Part shown: positions 36,115 through 45,466 of the stretch, piece by piece
How positions within the stretch are numbered: the stretch's first letter is position 1
Layout of the letters: every line of letters starts with the position of its first letter
Origin: an uncultured Chloroflexia bacterium
GTDB lineage: Bacteria > Chloroflexota > Chloroflexia > Thermomicrobiales > Thermomicrobiaceae
Direction: 5' to 3'
DNA length: 64,000 nucleotides
Assembly (NCBI GenBank): GCA_963728335.1
Contig: CAVSJP010000009.1
Span: forward strand, 5,403 to 69,402
Translations under genes and position numbers: made by a program
The notes under the pieces: model-generated
Seen by the model: the letters and a program-made list of their open reading frames with translations, nothing else
Databases searched by the model: none
Told to the model about the DNA's origin: nothing

Positions 36115-37998
36115 TCAGGCGAGCAAACGGGACGACAGGCTCCGATCGTCAAGCACGTCGAGCACTTCGGCCGCAACTTCATAGCGACCGAACGACGGCA
36201 TGATGTAGATGCCGTGGACGTCGTCACGCGCCGCGAGGACGAGCTCCTGGGCCAGTTTGACACCTTCTCGCCTGCCGTCGCTCCCTGAACGTCTCATGCG
36301 TTCTCGTGCTTCGGGCGTGAGCACAATGCCGGGAACCTCGTTATGCAAGAACTCGGCGTGACGATGACTCTGGAGCGGCAGCACTCCCAACAAGATGGGC
36401 ACCTCAATGTCACCAAACTGCCCGCGATAGATCTCCAGAAAATTGGTCCACACCGAGACGTCAAAGACCGGCTGGGTCATCACCAGGTCAGCCCCTGCTT
36501 CCAGTTTGCGGTTGAGGCGCCGCGCCTCTTCTTCCAGGTCCGGACGCGTCGGGTCGGCCGCCACGGCAACCGTGAAGCTTGCCATCTGGCCGATTGAGGC
36601 CCCTGCGGCGTCTACGCCCTGATTGAAGGACTTGATCACCCGAACCAGCCCGATCGAATCGACATCATAGACCGGTGTCGCGTTCGGATAATCGCCAAGG
36701 CTGGGCGGATCACCGGTCAGCGCGATGATGTTCCGCACGCCCAGCGCATGCGCGCCGATCAGATCCGACTGCAAGCCCATCAGATTCCGATCTCGTGTGG
36801 TGAAGTGCAGGATCGTCTCGACGCCAACCTCATCTTGAATGAGATAGCACAGCGTCAGCGCGCTCATGCGCACCCGTGCCATGGGGCTGTCGGCGATATT
36901 GATGAAGTCGACGCCCGCGCGCTTCAGCAACTCAGCTCCCGCCAGTGATTTGCGTGGGTTCAGCCCCTTCGGCGGGTCGATCTCGACACTTACCACGAAC
37001 TCCTTGCCCAGTTTCTGGGCAAACAATGTCGGCGCGTCCGGCGCAAGAAGCTCTCGCTTGCGCGTGCCACCAATCTCGATCCGGTCATTGCGCGGCTCAG
37101 GTTTGACGATGCGGAGAGAATCCAGAGCCTGCCGCATGGCGTGAATATGGAGCGGTGTCGTCCCACAGCATCCCCCGATGATTGATAGTCCGCGGTCGAC
37201 CGCCTCTCGAGCGTAGTCCGCGAAGTATTCGGGGGAGGACGGATAGATGACGCGGTCTCCAACGCCCATCGGCCAACCGGCGTTCGGCATGCCCGAGATC
37301 GGTGTGGCATCACCGGCAAACCGGCGCATGGCCCGGAGGATGTCGAGTGTGTGGCGCGGTCCAACGCTGCAGTTGACGCCGATCACATCGGGCGCCAGCT
37401 CACGTAGCTCCTCGACCACTTCCCGTGGTGTGTTGCCCGAGACGGTCCGTCCATCCCGCGCAAAGGTCATCTGGGCCACGATCGGCAAGTCAGCGACTTC
37501 ACGCGCCGCGAGGATCGCCTCCCGCATCTCCTCGAGCGAGGGGATCGTCTCGATGACGAGAAGATCGACGCCTCCTTCAAGGAGAGCGGAAATCTGCTCG
37601 CGGAAGGCGGCCCGTACCTGGGTCGGATCTGCGGTACCAATCGGGGGGAGCGTGCGGCCGGTTGGGCCGACCGAGCCGGCGATCAGCACAGGCTGACCCG
37701 ATATCTCACGGGCTTCCCGCGCGTTGCGAGCTGCCCGGCGGTTGATGTCACGGACCTTGCTCGCCAGGCCGAACGGCTCGAGCTTGAAGCGGTTGGCGCC
37801 GAACGAGTTGGTTTCGATGATCTCGGCGCCCGCGGCGATATACTCCCGATGAACGTCGACGACCAGCGAGGGCTGCTCGAGGTTGATCTCGTCAAAGCAG
37901 GAGTCGATTGGAATCCCGCGTTCGTACAGGAGGGTACCCATCGCGCCGTCACAGAGAATCACGTCACGCGCGAGACGTTCAATGAATGGATTAGGCAT
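36115..37998 (-). CDS. Bifunctional homocysteine S-methyltransferase / 5,10-methylenetetrahydrofolate reductase (YitJ-like fusion)
   Basis: The N-terminal Hcy-binding domain ends in 'IIGGCCGTTP'. The C-terminal MetF domain carries 'VEIDPPKG', 'ADSPMARVRMS' and 'LTGDPP'. Confidence 0.9.
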   Translation of the reverse strand: MPNPFIERLARDVILCDGAMGTLLYERGIPIDSCFDEINLEQPSLVVDVHREYIAAGAEIIETNSFGANRFKLEPFGLASKVRDINRRAARNAREAREISGQPVLIAGSVGPTGRTLPPIGTADPTQVRAAFREQISALLEGGVDLLVIETIPSLEEMREAILAAREVADLPIVAQMTFARDGRTVSGNTPREVVEELRELAPDVIGVNCSVGPRHTLDILRAMRRFAGDATPISGMPNAGWPMGVGDRVIYPSSPEYFADYAREAVDRGLSIIGGCCGTTPLHIHAMRQALDSLRIVKPEPRNDRIEIGGTRKRELLAPDAPTLFAQKLGKEFVVSVEIDPPKGLNPRKSLAGAELLKRAGVDFINIADSPMARVRMSALTLCYLIQDEVGVETILHFTTRDRNLMGLQSDLIGAHALGVRNIIALTGDPPSLGDYPNATPVYDVDSIGLVRVIKSFNQGVDAAGASIGQMASFTVAVAADPTRPDLEEEARRLNRKLEAGADLVMTQPVFDVSVWTNFLEIYRGQFGDIEVPILLGVLPLQSHRHAEFLHNEVPGIVLTPEARERMRRSGSDGRREGVKLAQELVLAARDDVHGIYIMPSFGRYEVAAEVLDVLDDRSLSSRLLA

Positions 37999-38029
37999 TC
38001 AAAAGATCCAATCCAGGACCCGCTGGCTC

Positions 38030-38058
38030 TTGAAATCGACTGAAATCTGATGATAATT
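38030..38058 (+). promoter_or_regulatory. Candidate sigma-70-type promoter (TTGAAA-N17-ATAATT) in the AT-rich divergent region
   Basis: Hexamers read directly from the sequence. It would give a ~215-nt leader to the ECF sigma gene. No experimental or comparative support. Confidence 0.3.
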
Positions 38059-38273
38059 GTAGCATCGGGATTGGGTTATCGATCAGCATGTCAGTTTGGT
38101 GTCAATTCGAGAGCGTCAGATTGCGTTCTCGTCATCGATCCAGTATGGTAACTCTGGAAAATCAATCTTGAACAGCGGCCCGGAGCGCTGCTCACGCCTT
38201 CCCTCGTTTCCTTACGCTCCAAAACCGCAACGACTGGCGTTCGTTATAAGGGTTAGGGTACGGAGGACCTCGC

Positions 38274-38894
38274 ATGAGTGGCTATGTGGCAGTACCTGTT
38301 GACGAGGCCACTTGGATAAGCCGGGCAAAAGAGGGAGATCAAGCAGCCTTCGAGGTCATTTTCCAGCGATACGAGCGTCAGATCTACGGGTTTATCTATC
38401 GTATGATGGGCAACCCCGAAGACGCGAATGATTTGACGCAAGAGTGCTTCATCCGGGCGTACAAGGCGCTATCACAGACGTCGCTGGATTTGAACGTGTC
38501 TGCTTGGTTACATCGAATCGCTTCCAATGCTTGTCTTGATGTCCTTCGTCGCCGTCAGCGTATTCGCTGGCTGCCCTGGGAGTCGCACAAGCACGAGCAT
38601 CTGCTGCATGGCAAACCGCTGGATGATCCAGAACGAAATGCCATCAGCAACGAAACCCAGGTCATTGTCCAGCGTGTGCTGAATCTCATGAGCGCGCGAA
38701 ATCGGATGGCCCTCGTTTTGCGCGAGTACGAGGGAATGTCCTGTGAAGATATCGGCGAGATCATGGGACTGTCCCGTTCAGCGGTGAAGTCCGTACTTTT
38801 CCGGGGTCGAGAAGAGTTCCGGAAAGTCTACCGGGCGGTGGAGGATAGCGAGTCGGCATGTCCCGGCGAGATTGCGAGTCTATCAGGCCGCTGA
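38274..38894 (+). CDS. ECF (group 4) RNA polymerase sigma factor
   Basis: Region 2 ('FEVIFQRYERQIYGFIYRMMGNPEDANDLTQECF') and region 4 ('EGMSCEDIGEIMGLSRSAVKSVLFRGR'). Confidence 0.9.
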   Translation: MSGYVAVPVDEATWISRAKEGDQAAFEVIFQRYERQIYGFIYRMMGNPEDANDLTQECFIRAYKALSQTSLDLNVSAWLHRIASNACLDVLRRRQRIRWLPWESHKHEHLLHGKPLDDPERNAISNETQVIVQRVLNLMSARNRMALVLREYEGMSCEDIGEIMGLSRSAVKSVLFRGREEFRKVYRAVEDSESACPGEIASLSGR

Positions 38895-40600
38895 TTTCAG
38901 CCTTCTTCGACGGGGATCTCTCCCCGTCGGAGAGTGTTAGACTCCACCAGCATCTCGCGACGTGCGAAGATTGCCGGCAAATCATTGACGAATATCAACG
39001 CATTCGGTCCGGGTTCCGCGAACTTCCTGTTGTTCCAACTCCACCTGAAAACCTGTCCAATCGTGTTTGGGCCGAAACCGTAGACCGGCCCAAGCCGACC
39101 GGCATTCGCCGCCTGTTCGGCGCGACGACCGCCAAGGTCGGCCTTTCGACGGTTGGCGCTCTTGCCGTCGTCGCCGTCATCGTCGCCTTCCTCCTCGTCC
39201 GCGGCTACAGCCAGGGAATTACCCCGAGCGTCGTTGGCTCGACGCCGGTCAGTGCTCAGAACTGGCCCATCTATCAGCCGGTGAAGATTCACTTCAACAA
39301 ATCGATGAATCACCAATCGGTCGAGGAGAATCTTCAGATCTGGCCCCCGGGAGAACGAACCAGGATTCCCACCAGCTGGGATGGGAACACGCTGATTCTC
39401 GGAACCAATTCGATTCAGAGCGCGCCGTTCTTACCAGACACCACCTACCAGGTTATGGTTCTGGAAACCGCGCAGGACGCATTCGGCCACCAGCTCGGTA
39501 AGACGTGGTCACTCTCTTTCCGAACCAGCCCGATCGCGACGACGGCGCTGAATGCGACGCCAACGCCGGAGGCGAGCGTCACGTCCAGCGCGTTCCAGCA
39601 GCCAACCAACACTCCGGCAGCGACGGCAGCTTCGCCGTCCCCGACGCCTACAGCGTCGTCAGACGCGACGAGTACGAATCCGGGATCGACGCAGGCTCTC
39701 GGGCCGACACCAACGATCGTGCCGTCAACACCGACGCCAACAACACCAGCGATTGTGACGGTGCCAACTCAGCCGTCCGCGCCCACTCCAACGCCGCTCC
39801 CCACTCAGTCACCGCAGCCGACACCGACGGTTGCCGTAACGCCCACTCCGTCGCCCTCACCGACGCCGGCTCCCGCGACGCCGCAGCCGGCGACTCCGAC
39901 CACGACCCCACCAGCGGTGTCTGGCACACCCACGGCAGCCGCGGTTCCGGTAACCGGAGCGTTCGGCAGCGTCTACTGGGGCAACGCGGACGTTCAAACG
40001 AAGCTCGGCGCACCGAAAGACCCGGAAGTGTTCATCAACGCGGCGGAACTTGGATTCCAACGCGGCACGATGTATGAGCGCTTCGACACCGGGGAGATTT
40101 ATGTCTTCTTCGCGAACAACGAGTGGGCCAAGTTCAAGGACACATGGCAACCGAGTGACGGCGAGGGCGGCGGCCCCGGTCCGGATGCCGGTCTCTGGGT
40201 TCCAAAGGAGCGCTTCTGGAAGGTTTGGAACAGCGATCCGAGCCTGGCCAGCTCCATCGGCTACGCCGTCGAACAGGACGCTCACCTCATGACGACCTCG
40301 GGAGGGAGCTTCCAGACCTTCGCCAACGGCATCATGCTCTACAGCGACCGAGGATTCGTCTACGTCGTATACGATGACCTCACCTGGGCGCTCTACCCGG
40401 ACACATCCGGCCACGGTGACCTGATCACTCCGACTCCGGAAGCGTCACCGCCGGCCGACACCACCCCAACTTCGACGTCGAGCGCGACACCCGCCGCGAC
40501 CGCGACGGACGCCGCGACCGCGACGAGTGCCGACACGCAAACCGCCGCAACGTCCTCGAGCGGCACGACGCCAGTGTCACCGGTTTCGGCCGCCCCGTAG
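38858..40600 (+). CDS. Anti-sigma factor (zf-HC2) with TM helix, SbsA-type Ig-like domain, Pro/Thr-rich linkers and a C-terminal LGFP-like domain
   Basis: 'CESIRPLISAFFDGDL...HLATCEDC', a TM helix (LSTVGALAVVAVIVAFLLV), an Ig-like 'VKIHFNKSMNHQSVEENLQIWP...YQVMVLETAQDAFGHQL', long PT-rich stretches, and a C-terminal 'YWGNADVQTKLGAPKDPE...FQRGTMYE'. It overlaps the sigma gene by 37 nt. Confidence 0.8.
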   Translation: MSRRDCESIRPLISAFFDGDLSPSESVRLHQHLATCEDCRQIIDEYQRIRSGFRELPVVPTPPENLSNRVWAETVDRPKPTGIRRLFGATTAKVGLSTVGALAVVAVIVAFLLVRGYSQGITPSVVGSTPVSAQNWPIYQPVKIHFNKSMNHQSVEENLQIWPPGERTRIPTSWDGNTLILGTNSIQSAPFLPDTTYQVMVLETAQDAFGHQLGKTWSLSFRTSPIATTALNATPTPEASVTSSAFQQPTNTPAATAASPSPTPTASSDATSTNPGSTQALGPTPTIVPSTPTPTTPAIVTVPTQPSAPTPTPLPTQSPQPTPTVAVTPTPSPSPTPAPATPQPATPTTTPPAVSGTPTAAAVPVTGAFGSVYWGNADVQTKLGAPKDPEVFINAAELGFQRGTMYERFDTGEIYVFFANNEWAKFKDTWQPSDGEGGGPGPDAGLWVPKERFWKVWNSDPSLASSIGYAVEQDAHLMTTSGGSFQTFANGIMLYSDRGFVYVVYDDLTWALYPDTSGHGDLITPTPEASPPADTTPTSTSSATPAATATDAATATSADTQTAATSSSGTTPVSPVSAAP

Positions 40601-40628
40601 CAATCTTCGTTTGCCGCCCCAGGTGGTT

Positions 40629-41576
40629 TCAGTTCAGCATTGAGAAGAGGACCGCCAGCACGTCGTAGACGACGTGCGTCACCATTGACGCCGTCGTGTT
40701 GACCCGCCGGCGCTCGAGGCCCAGTAATATGCTGACAAGGAAGATCCCGAGAATCGTAAGGCTAAAGCCGTACTGGACGTGCAGCGACGCGAATACGAGC
40801 GATGTAAAGACGTTCCCGTAGCGAGGCTGCACGGCTCCGCGGAACAGGATCTCCTCTCCCACCCCGGCCGATATCCCCAGCAGCAGCGCGCCGCCAAACG
40901 ATGTGAGGTTCTGGGTCATCGTGCCAAGATTTTGCTGAATCTGTTTGTCCAGATTCGGCTCAAACACGTACGTCAACGCGCTCGCGAGGATCGTTACCGC
41001 GAACAGCCCGAGCACGAGCAGCACCGCTCGCAGAAACTGGCGACCGCTGATCGCTTCCAGCCCAAGCCGCTCGGTCGCGCCCGAGAGTCCACGATTGATG
41101 AGAAAGCCGACGCCAAAATAGGCGATGAACACGAACGTCAGCGCTTGGCTCACCAGCTCCGTTGCGCTCACGGACGACACATCGATGTTTGCCCCCGAGT
41201 TGAGCGAAGTGCCGCCGAAGTAGATCGCTGTTCCAAGAAGGATCGACAGGCCCGTCATATCCGCCGCGGAGTCCGGGTCGAACGGCATCACGCGTGCGAG
41301 CATGGCGCGGAACGGTCGAATGAGTGGCAATCCGATTCCGATACCGGTTAGCAGAACCAAGACGCTGGTATAGGAGATGGCGCCTGTTGATCCGGTGACA
41401 TTGACCGAGGAAGAGACGATGCCGATCAACAGCATGACGCCGCTAATCGTGAACAAGAAAATGTAAAGCGCGATGCGAAGTGGCCGGTTTGTCTGTGCCC
41501 GGTGGGACCAGGCGGAGATGAGCAACGCGAGAACCGCGAGGACGACAAAGACCAGTACGACTGCCAACCGGCACAC
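40629..41576 (-). CDS. CPBP-family intramembrane glutamic endopeptidase (CAAX protease-like)
   Basis: Polytopic. Motifs 'GVGEEILFRGAV' and 'FASLHVQY', plus a distal 'THVVYD'. Confidence 0.8.
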   Translation of the reverse strand: MCRLAVVLVFVVLAVLALLISAWSHRAQTNRPLRIALYIFLFTISGVMLLIGIVSSSVNVTGSTGAISYTSVLVLLTGIGIGLPLIRPFRAMLARVMPFDPDSAADMTGLSILLGTAIYFGGTSLNSGANIDVSSVSATELVSQALTFVFIAYFGVGFLINRGLSGATERLGLEAISGRQFLRAVLLVLGLFAVTILASALTYVFEPNLDKQIQQNLGTMTQNLTSFGGALLLGISAGVGEEILFRGAVQPRYGNVFTSLVFASLHVQYGFSLTILGIFLVSILLGLERRRVNTTASMVTHVVYDVLAVLFSMLN

Positions 41577-41687
41577 CCTTTCATCGATGGTCCCGACCCG
41601 GAACCAGGGATGATTATAGACCGAGGCCGGACTGCCCCCGTGTTACACTCAGTCAGCAGTTTTCCTTGACATGTTTGGGGGAGCACG

Positions 41688-42551
41688 ATGGCTCAGCGAA
41701 GAGGTGGGCTCGGCCGCGGGTTGGACGCGTTGATCCAATCACACTCGGATCTTGCCGGTGGCATTCAAGAACTCGACATCGATTCCGTCACGCCAAACCC
41801 GCTTCAGCCGCGCGAGACGTTCGACGACGAGTCGCTTGCCGGACTCGCCACGTCGATCAGCGAGCACGGCGTCTTGCAGCCGATCATCGTGTCGCACGCC
41901 GAGGGCAGCGCACCGTTCCAGCTTGTCGCAGGGGAACGGCGCTGGCGAGCCGCCAAGCTGGCCGGCCTGAACACCGTCCCCGCCATCATCCGCGATTCCA
42001 CGCCTCGGCAGATGCTCGAGTTGGCACTCATCGAAAACGTGCAACGTGACGACCTGTCCGTCCTCGAGGAGGCGACGGCCTACCGGCAGCTGACGGACGA
42101 GTTCGGCCTGACCCAGGCTGAAGTCGCTGAACGTGTCGGAAAGAGCCGGGTGGCGGTGACCAATGCTCTTCGTATTCTTGGCGCTCCGGACGAAATCAAG
42201 ACGGCGCTCCTCATCCGCCGGATTACGGAAGGTCACGCGCGGGCACTGCTCGGCCTGGAATATAAGGTGGACCAACTCGCGGCCCTGCAGGTCGTGATGT
42301 CACGCGAGCTAAGCGTTCGCCAAACCGAGCAGCTCGTGCGGCAGTGGCACAACGTCAGACCCGCGCCCGAGCATACAAACAAGCCTCAGCCGCCGGAAGA
42401 ACAGCGTGTCCTCGACCGATTCCGCAAGGCGCTTGGGACGAAGGTGGAATTGCAGCACGGCCGCAAGGGCGGCCGTCTGGTCATCCACTATTTCTCGGAC
42501 GAGGAACTTGACGGCATCTACCGCCGCATTGTGGGCGAAGACGAGCTGTAG
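41688..42551 (+). CDS. parB: ParB/Spo0J-family partition protein
   Basis: 'RGGLGRGLDALI', 'NPLQPRETFD', 'QPIIV' and 'GERRWRAAKLAGL', plus an HTH 'TQAEVAERVGKSRVAVTNALRIL'. Confidence 0.9.
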   Translation: MAQRRGGLGRGLDALIQSHSDLAGGIQELDIDSVTPNPLQPRETFDDESLAGLATSISEHGVLQPIIVSHAEGSAPFQLVAGERRWRAAKLAGLNTVPAIIRDSTPRQMLELALIENVQRDDLSVLEEATAYRQLTDEFGLTQAEVAERVGKSRVAVTNALRILGAPDEIKTALLIRRITEGHARALLGLEYKVDQLAALQVVMSRELSVRQTEQLVRQWHNVRPAPEHTNKPQPPEEQRVLDRFRKALGTKVELQHGRKGGRLVIHYFSDEELDGIYRRIVGEDEL

Positions 42552-42800
42552 CACGCTCCTTGCCAGGCCGATGTGGGTAACCTCGAGGAAAGGTTGTGCC
42601 GCATCCACGAAACATCACACGCTGAGAATCTCCTCGTGATGATGACGGCGTGCTCGCGGTATTAGCGCTCCTGCGTGATCACGGTGAAGGGCTTTTGAGC
42701 CGCCGGGCAGCTACGAAGAGTGCCGGATCTCACAATCGCGGCCAACACCGTCCGCCCCTCGGCTTGGCGTGACCGCGGTCCTTCCTCGACACCGCGCCAT

Positions 42801-44210
42801 CTACCCCCAGTTCGCGATCTTTTCGCCGATCACGTCTGCCAGCCGGTCGATGGCAACGCGATCCTGCTGCATCGTCTCGCGCTCGCGGATCGTCACTGCC
42901 TGGTCGTCCAGGGACTCATAGTCGATCGTGACACAGAACGGCGTTCCGATCTCGTCTTGACGACGATAGCGCCGGCCGATACTCTGCGTCTCGTCGTACT
43001 CGACCGAGAACTGCTGCCGCAGAGCCGCCTGAACCTGACTTGCCTTCTCCACCAGCTCCGGCTTCCGCATCAGTGGAAGCACCGCGACCTGGTACGGCGC
43101 GACGCGCGGGTGAAGACGCAGTACGACGCGCGTATACGGCTTCCCGTTGACGTCCTCGGTCTCTTCCTCATCGTACGCATCCAGCAGCACCGTCAGCATC
43201 AGGCGCTCGACGCCCAGCGCCGGTTCGATCACGTGTGGCATGAACCGCTCGTTCGACTGCTGATCGAAATAGGAAAGGTCCACACCGCTGAATTCACTGT
43301 GGCGCCGCAAGTCGAAGTCTGTCCGGTAGGCGAGCCCGCAGAGCTCTTTCCAACCGAACGGGAACCGGTATTCGTAGTCGACCGTCCGCTTCGAATAGTG
43401 TGACATCTCGTCCGGCGTGTGTTCGCGGGTTCTCAGCCGATCGTCGCGAAGTCCGATGGAGTGGAAGAACGTGGAAATCTGCTGAAGCCAGTCCTCAAAC
43501 GTCGTCTCCCACGCGCTTTCGCGAATGAAGTACTCGATCTCCATTGCCTCGAATTCGAGCAGCCGGAAGATGAAATTGCCCGGCGTAATCTCGTTTCGGA
43601 ATGCCTTGCCGATCTGGGCTATTCCGAACGGGATTTTGGTTCGGCTCGACTGCATCACGCTGCGATAGTCAAGGAAGATCGCCTGCGCCGTTTCAGGCCG
43701 CAGGTAGACCGGAGTTCCAGACTCTTCAACTGGCCCGAGCACAGTCTGGAACATCAAGTTGAACTGGCGCACGTCGGTCCAGTCACGCTGGCCGCAAAAC
43801 GGACAGGCGATGTTGCTCGACTTGATGATTGCGGTCAGTTCCGCCGGCGGGAGGCCCTCAACGGAGCGGCCGAGCTTGTCCTCGATGAGGGTGTCGGCGC
43901 GGTAGCGAGAGCGGCAGTTACGACAGTCGACCAGAGGGTCGTGAAATTCCTCGACGTGTCCCGATGCCTCCCAGGCACGACTGTGCAGCAAGATGCTGCC
44001 GTCGATGCCCACGATATCTTCGCGTCCATGGACGAAGAACTCCCACCAGGCGTTTTTAATATTGCGCTTCAGTTCGACGCCAAGGGGGCCGTAGTCCCAG
44101 GTGTTCGCCAGACCACCGTAGATCTCACTCCCCGGAAAGACGAACCCACGCCTGCGCGCGAGTGAGACGATGGTCTCCATAGACACGTCTGGCCGTTGAG
44201 ATTCGGTCAT
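42801..44210 (-). CDS. glyQS: Glycine--tRNA ligase (class II, homodimeric GlyQS type)
   Basis: '[25 protein letters not shown]', 'YLRPETAQ', '[10 protein letters not shown]' and a C-terminal anticodon-binding domain. ATG 44210 is preceded by GGAGG. The track ORF is extended to 44267. Confidence 0.95.
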   Translation of the reverse strand: MTESQRPDVSMETIVSLARRRGFVFPGSEIYGGLANTWDYGPLGVELKRNIKNAWWEFFVHGREDIVGIDGSILLHSRAWEASGHVEEFHDPLVDCRNCRSRYRADTLIEDKLGRSVEGLPPAELTAIIKSSNIACPFCGQRDWTDVRQFNLMFQTVLGPVEESGTPVYLRPETAQAIFLDYRSVMQSSRTKIPFGIAQIGKAFRNEITPGNFIFRLLEFEAMEIEYFIRESAWETTFEDWLQQISTFFHSIGLRDDRLRTREHTPDEMSHYSKRTVDYEYRFPFGWKELCGLAYRTDFDLRRHSEFSGVDLSYFDQQSNERFMPHVIEPALGVERLMLTVLLDAYDEEETEDVNGKPYTRVVLRLHPRVAPYQVAVLPLMRKPELVEKASQVQAALRQQFSVEYDETQSIGRRYRRQDEIGTPFCVTIDYESLDDQAVTIRERETMQQDRVAIDRLADVIGEKIANWG

Positions 44211-44246
44211 GGCGCCAACTGCCTCCATAAATAGTGATCTCGGATT

Positions 44247-44279
44247 CAAAAAGACCCCTCGTCGCAAGAGAGACGAGGG
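44247..44279 (-). terminator. Intrinsic terminator after xerC/D
   Basis: On the minus strand: CCCCTCGTC-tctcttgc-GACGAGGGG followed by TCTTTTT. Confidence 0.6.
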
Positions 44280-44347
44280 GTTCCTGTCTATCTATTCGCG
44301 ATGAGGAAACTCGGACCATCAATCACGCACAGAACGCGATTGATACT

Positions 44348-45283
44348 CTACTCTTCTCGGTTCGAATCGTAGCATGGCCCGCCAGTGGCGACGAGGATCG
44401 GCTCCATCTTGCCGTTCTCACTGCCGTTTTCGGACTTCGTCGCAAGCTGCTGATAGATCTGCGTAGTCGAGATACTCATGTGGCCGAGAATACGCTGGAC
44501 ATCCCGCAGTTCGTGGCCATCCACCAGCGCATGTGCCGCAAACGTGTGCCGGATCGTATGCGGAGTGATGTCCCCAATATTCGCGGCTTCGGCGTGGGCC
44601 TTCAGAATGAGCCAGAACCCTTGACGAGTGAGGCGGGATCCGCGGTGATTGAGGAACACGGCAATTTCGTCGCTGTCCGTGCGCAAGAGCGGCCGGCCGG
44701 TTTCAAAGTAGGAATGCAACGCCTCGAGTGCCGCTTCGCTCAACGGCACCGTTCGCGACCGGTCAGGCTTCTTGCCACAGCAGATTTCTTTGGACGTCAA
44801 GTCGATGTCGCCCATGTCGAGCGCGGTCAACTCACTCACCCGCATGCCCGTCGCATACAGCGTTTCGAGCATTGCCAGGTCACGAAGACCTTCCGGTGTG
44901 CGCTCTTCTGACGCATGGGCCAGGAGCGTGCTCATCTCGTCACGCGAGATGGCTCGCGGGACAAACTTGTCAACGCGCGGTGACGGCAGCGTGGCGGATG
45001 GGTCATGCCGGAGTAAACGCTCGTCGATCAGAAAGTGGCAGAACGAACGAACAGCCGCCACCTTCCTGGCGACCGTGGAGTTCGCGTAGCGGCGTTCCCG
45101 GAGAAAAAGGACGAATCCCGTAAGATGACTATCGGTCAACTCGGCCCAAGATACGAGCGAGTAATTCTGCTGCAGAAATTCGATGAACTGACTAAGGTCG
45201 TTGCGGTAGGCTGAAACAGTGTTTGGAGAGAAACCCCGGTCACTCTCGAGCCCTTCCAAGAAACGCCCGATGAGTTCGTCCAT
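44348..45283 (-). CDS. Tyrosine recombinase XerC/XerD family
   Basis: An N-terminal SAM-like domain ('GFSPNTVSAYRNDLSQF') and catalytic residues in 'ATGMRVSEL' and 'HTIRHTFAAHAL...LGHMSISTTQIY'. ATG 45283 is preceded by GGAGGGG. Confidence 0.9.
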   Translation of the reverse strand: MDELIGRFLEGLESDRGFSPNTVSAYRNDLSQFIEFLQQNYSLVSWAELTDSHLTGFVLFLRERRYANSTVARKVAAVRSFCHFLIDERLLRHDPSATLPSPRVDKFVPRAISRDEMSTLLAHASEERTPEGLRDLAMLETLYATGMRVSELTALDMGDIDLTSKEICCGKKPDRSRTVPLSEAALEALHSYFETGRPLLRTDSDEIAVFLNHRGSRLTRQGFWLILKAHAEAANIGDITPHTIRHTFAAHALVDGHELRDVQRILGHMSISTTQIYQQLATKSENGSENGKMEPILVATGGPCYDSNREE

Positions 45284-45466
45284 ATGTTCGCCCCTCCATC
45301 CCAGCGAGCTTTGCCCACAGTCTCCACAATCCTGGCCACTTCCCCTGGCCAGCGTGTCCAAATGACTGTCGGAATGCTCGATACGCATTATGTCAGGCAC
45401 AGTCCGGTGTCTGACCGCCAGGTGTCCCCGAATAGCCCCAGTTCGTTCGTACGCCGGATTGTAACA

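Noticed and set aside
37999-38273. Possible SAM (S-box) riboswitch upstream of the YitJ-like homocysteine methyltransferase/MTHFR fusion
   Set aside because: A 'TCAAGAGCCAGCGGG' stretch superficially resembles the start of SAM-I/IV. However, the GAGGGA/GGCCC core is absent. The likely minus-strand promoter (TTGACA at about 38097-38092) also leaves only ~80 nt of leader, too short for those aptamers.
39600-39960. Repetitive region that might look like a repeat array
   Set aside because: It is the Pro/Thr-rich linker coding sequence of the anti-sigma factor (low-complexity ACG/CCG codons). There are no regularly spaced direct repeats or spacers, so it is not a CRISPR.
42596-42616. parS site downstream of parB
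   Set aside because: Only a half-site-like CACGAAACA is present. The palindromic partner (TGTTNCACG) is missing.
44211-44347. T-box leader for glyQS
   Set aside because: The spacer is only 137 nt and lacks the GGGTGG(T/A)ACC box. The single hairpin with a U-tract is best explained as the terminator of the upstream xerC/D gene.
44348-45283. Tyrosine recombinase as a marker of an integrated mobile element
   Set aside because: It has the XerC/XerD-type N- and C-terminal signatures and is flanked by glyQS and ald. There are no phage or IS genes, no tRNA attachment site, no direct repeats and no visible compositional break.
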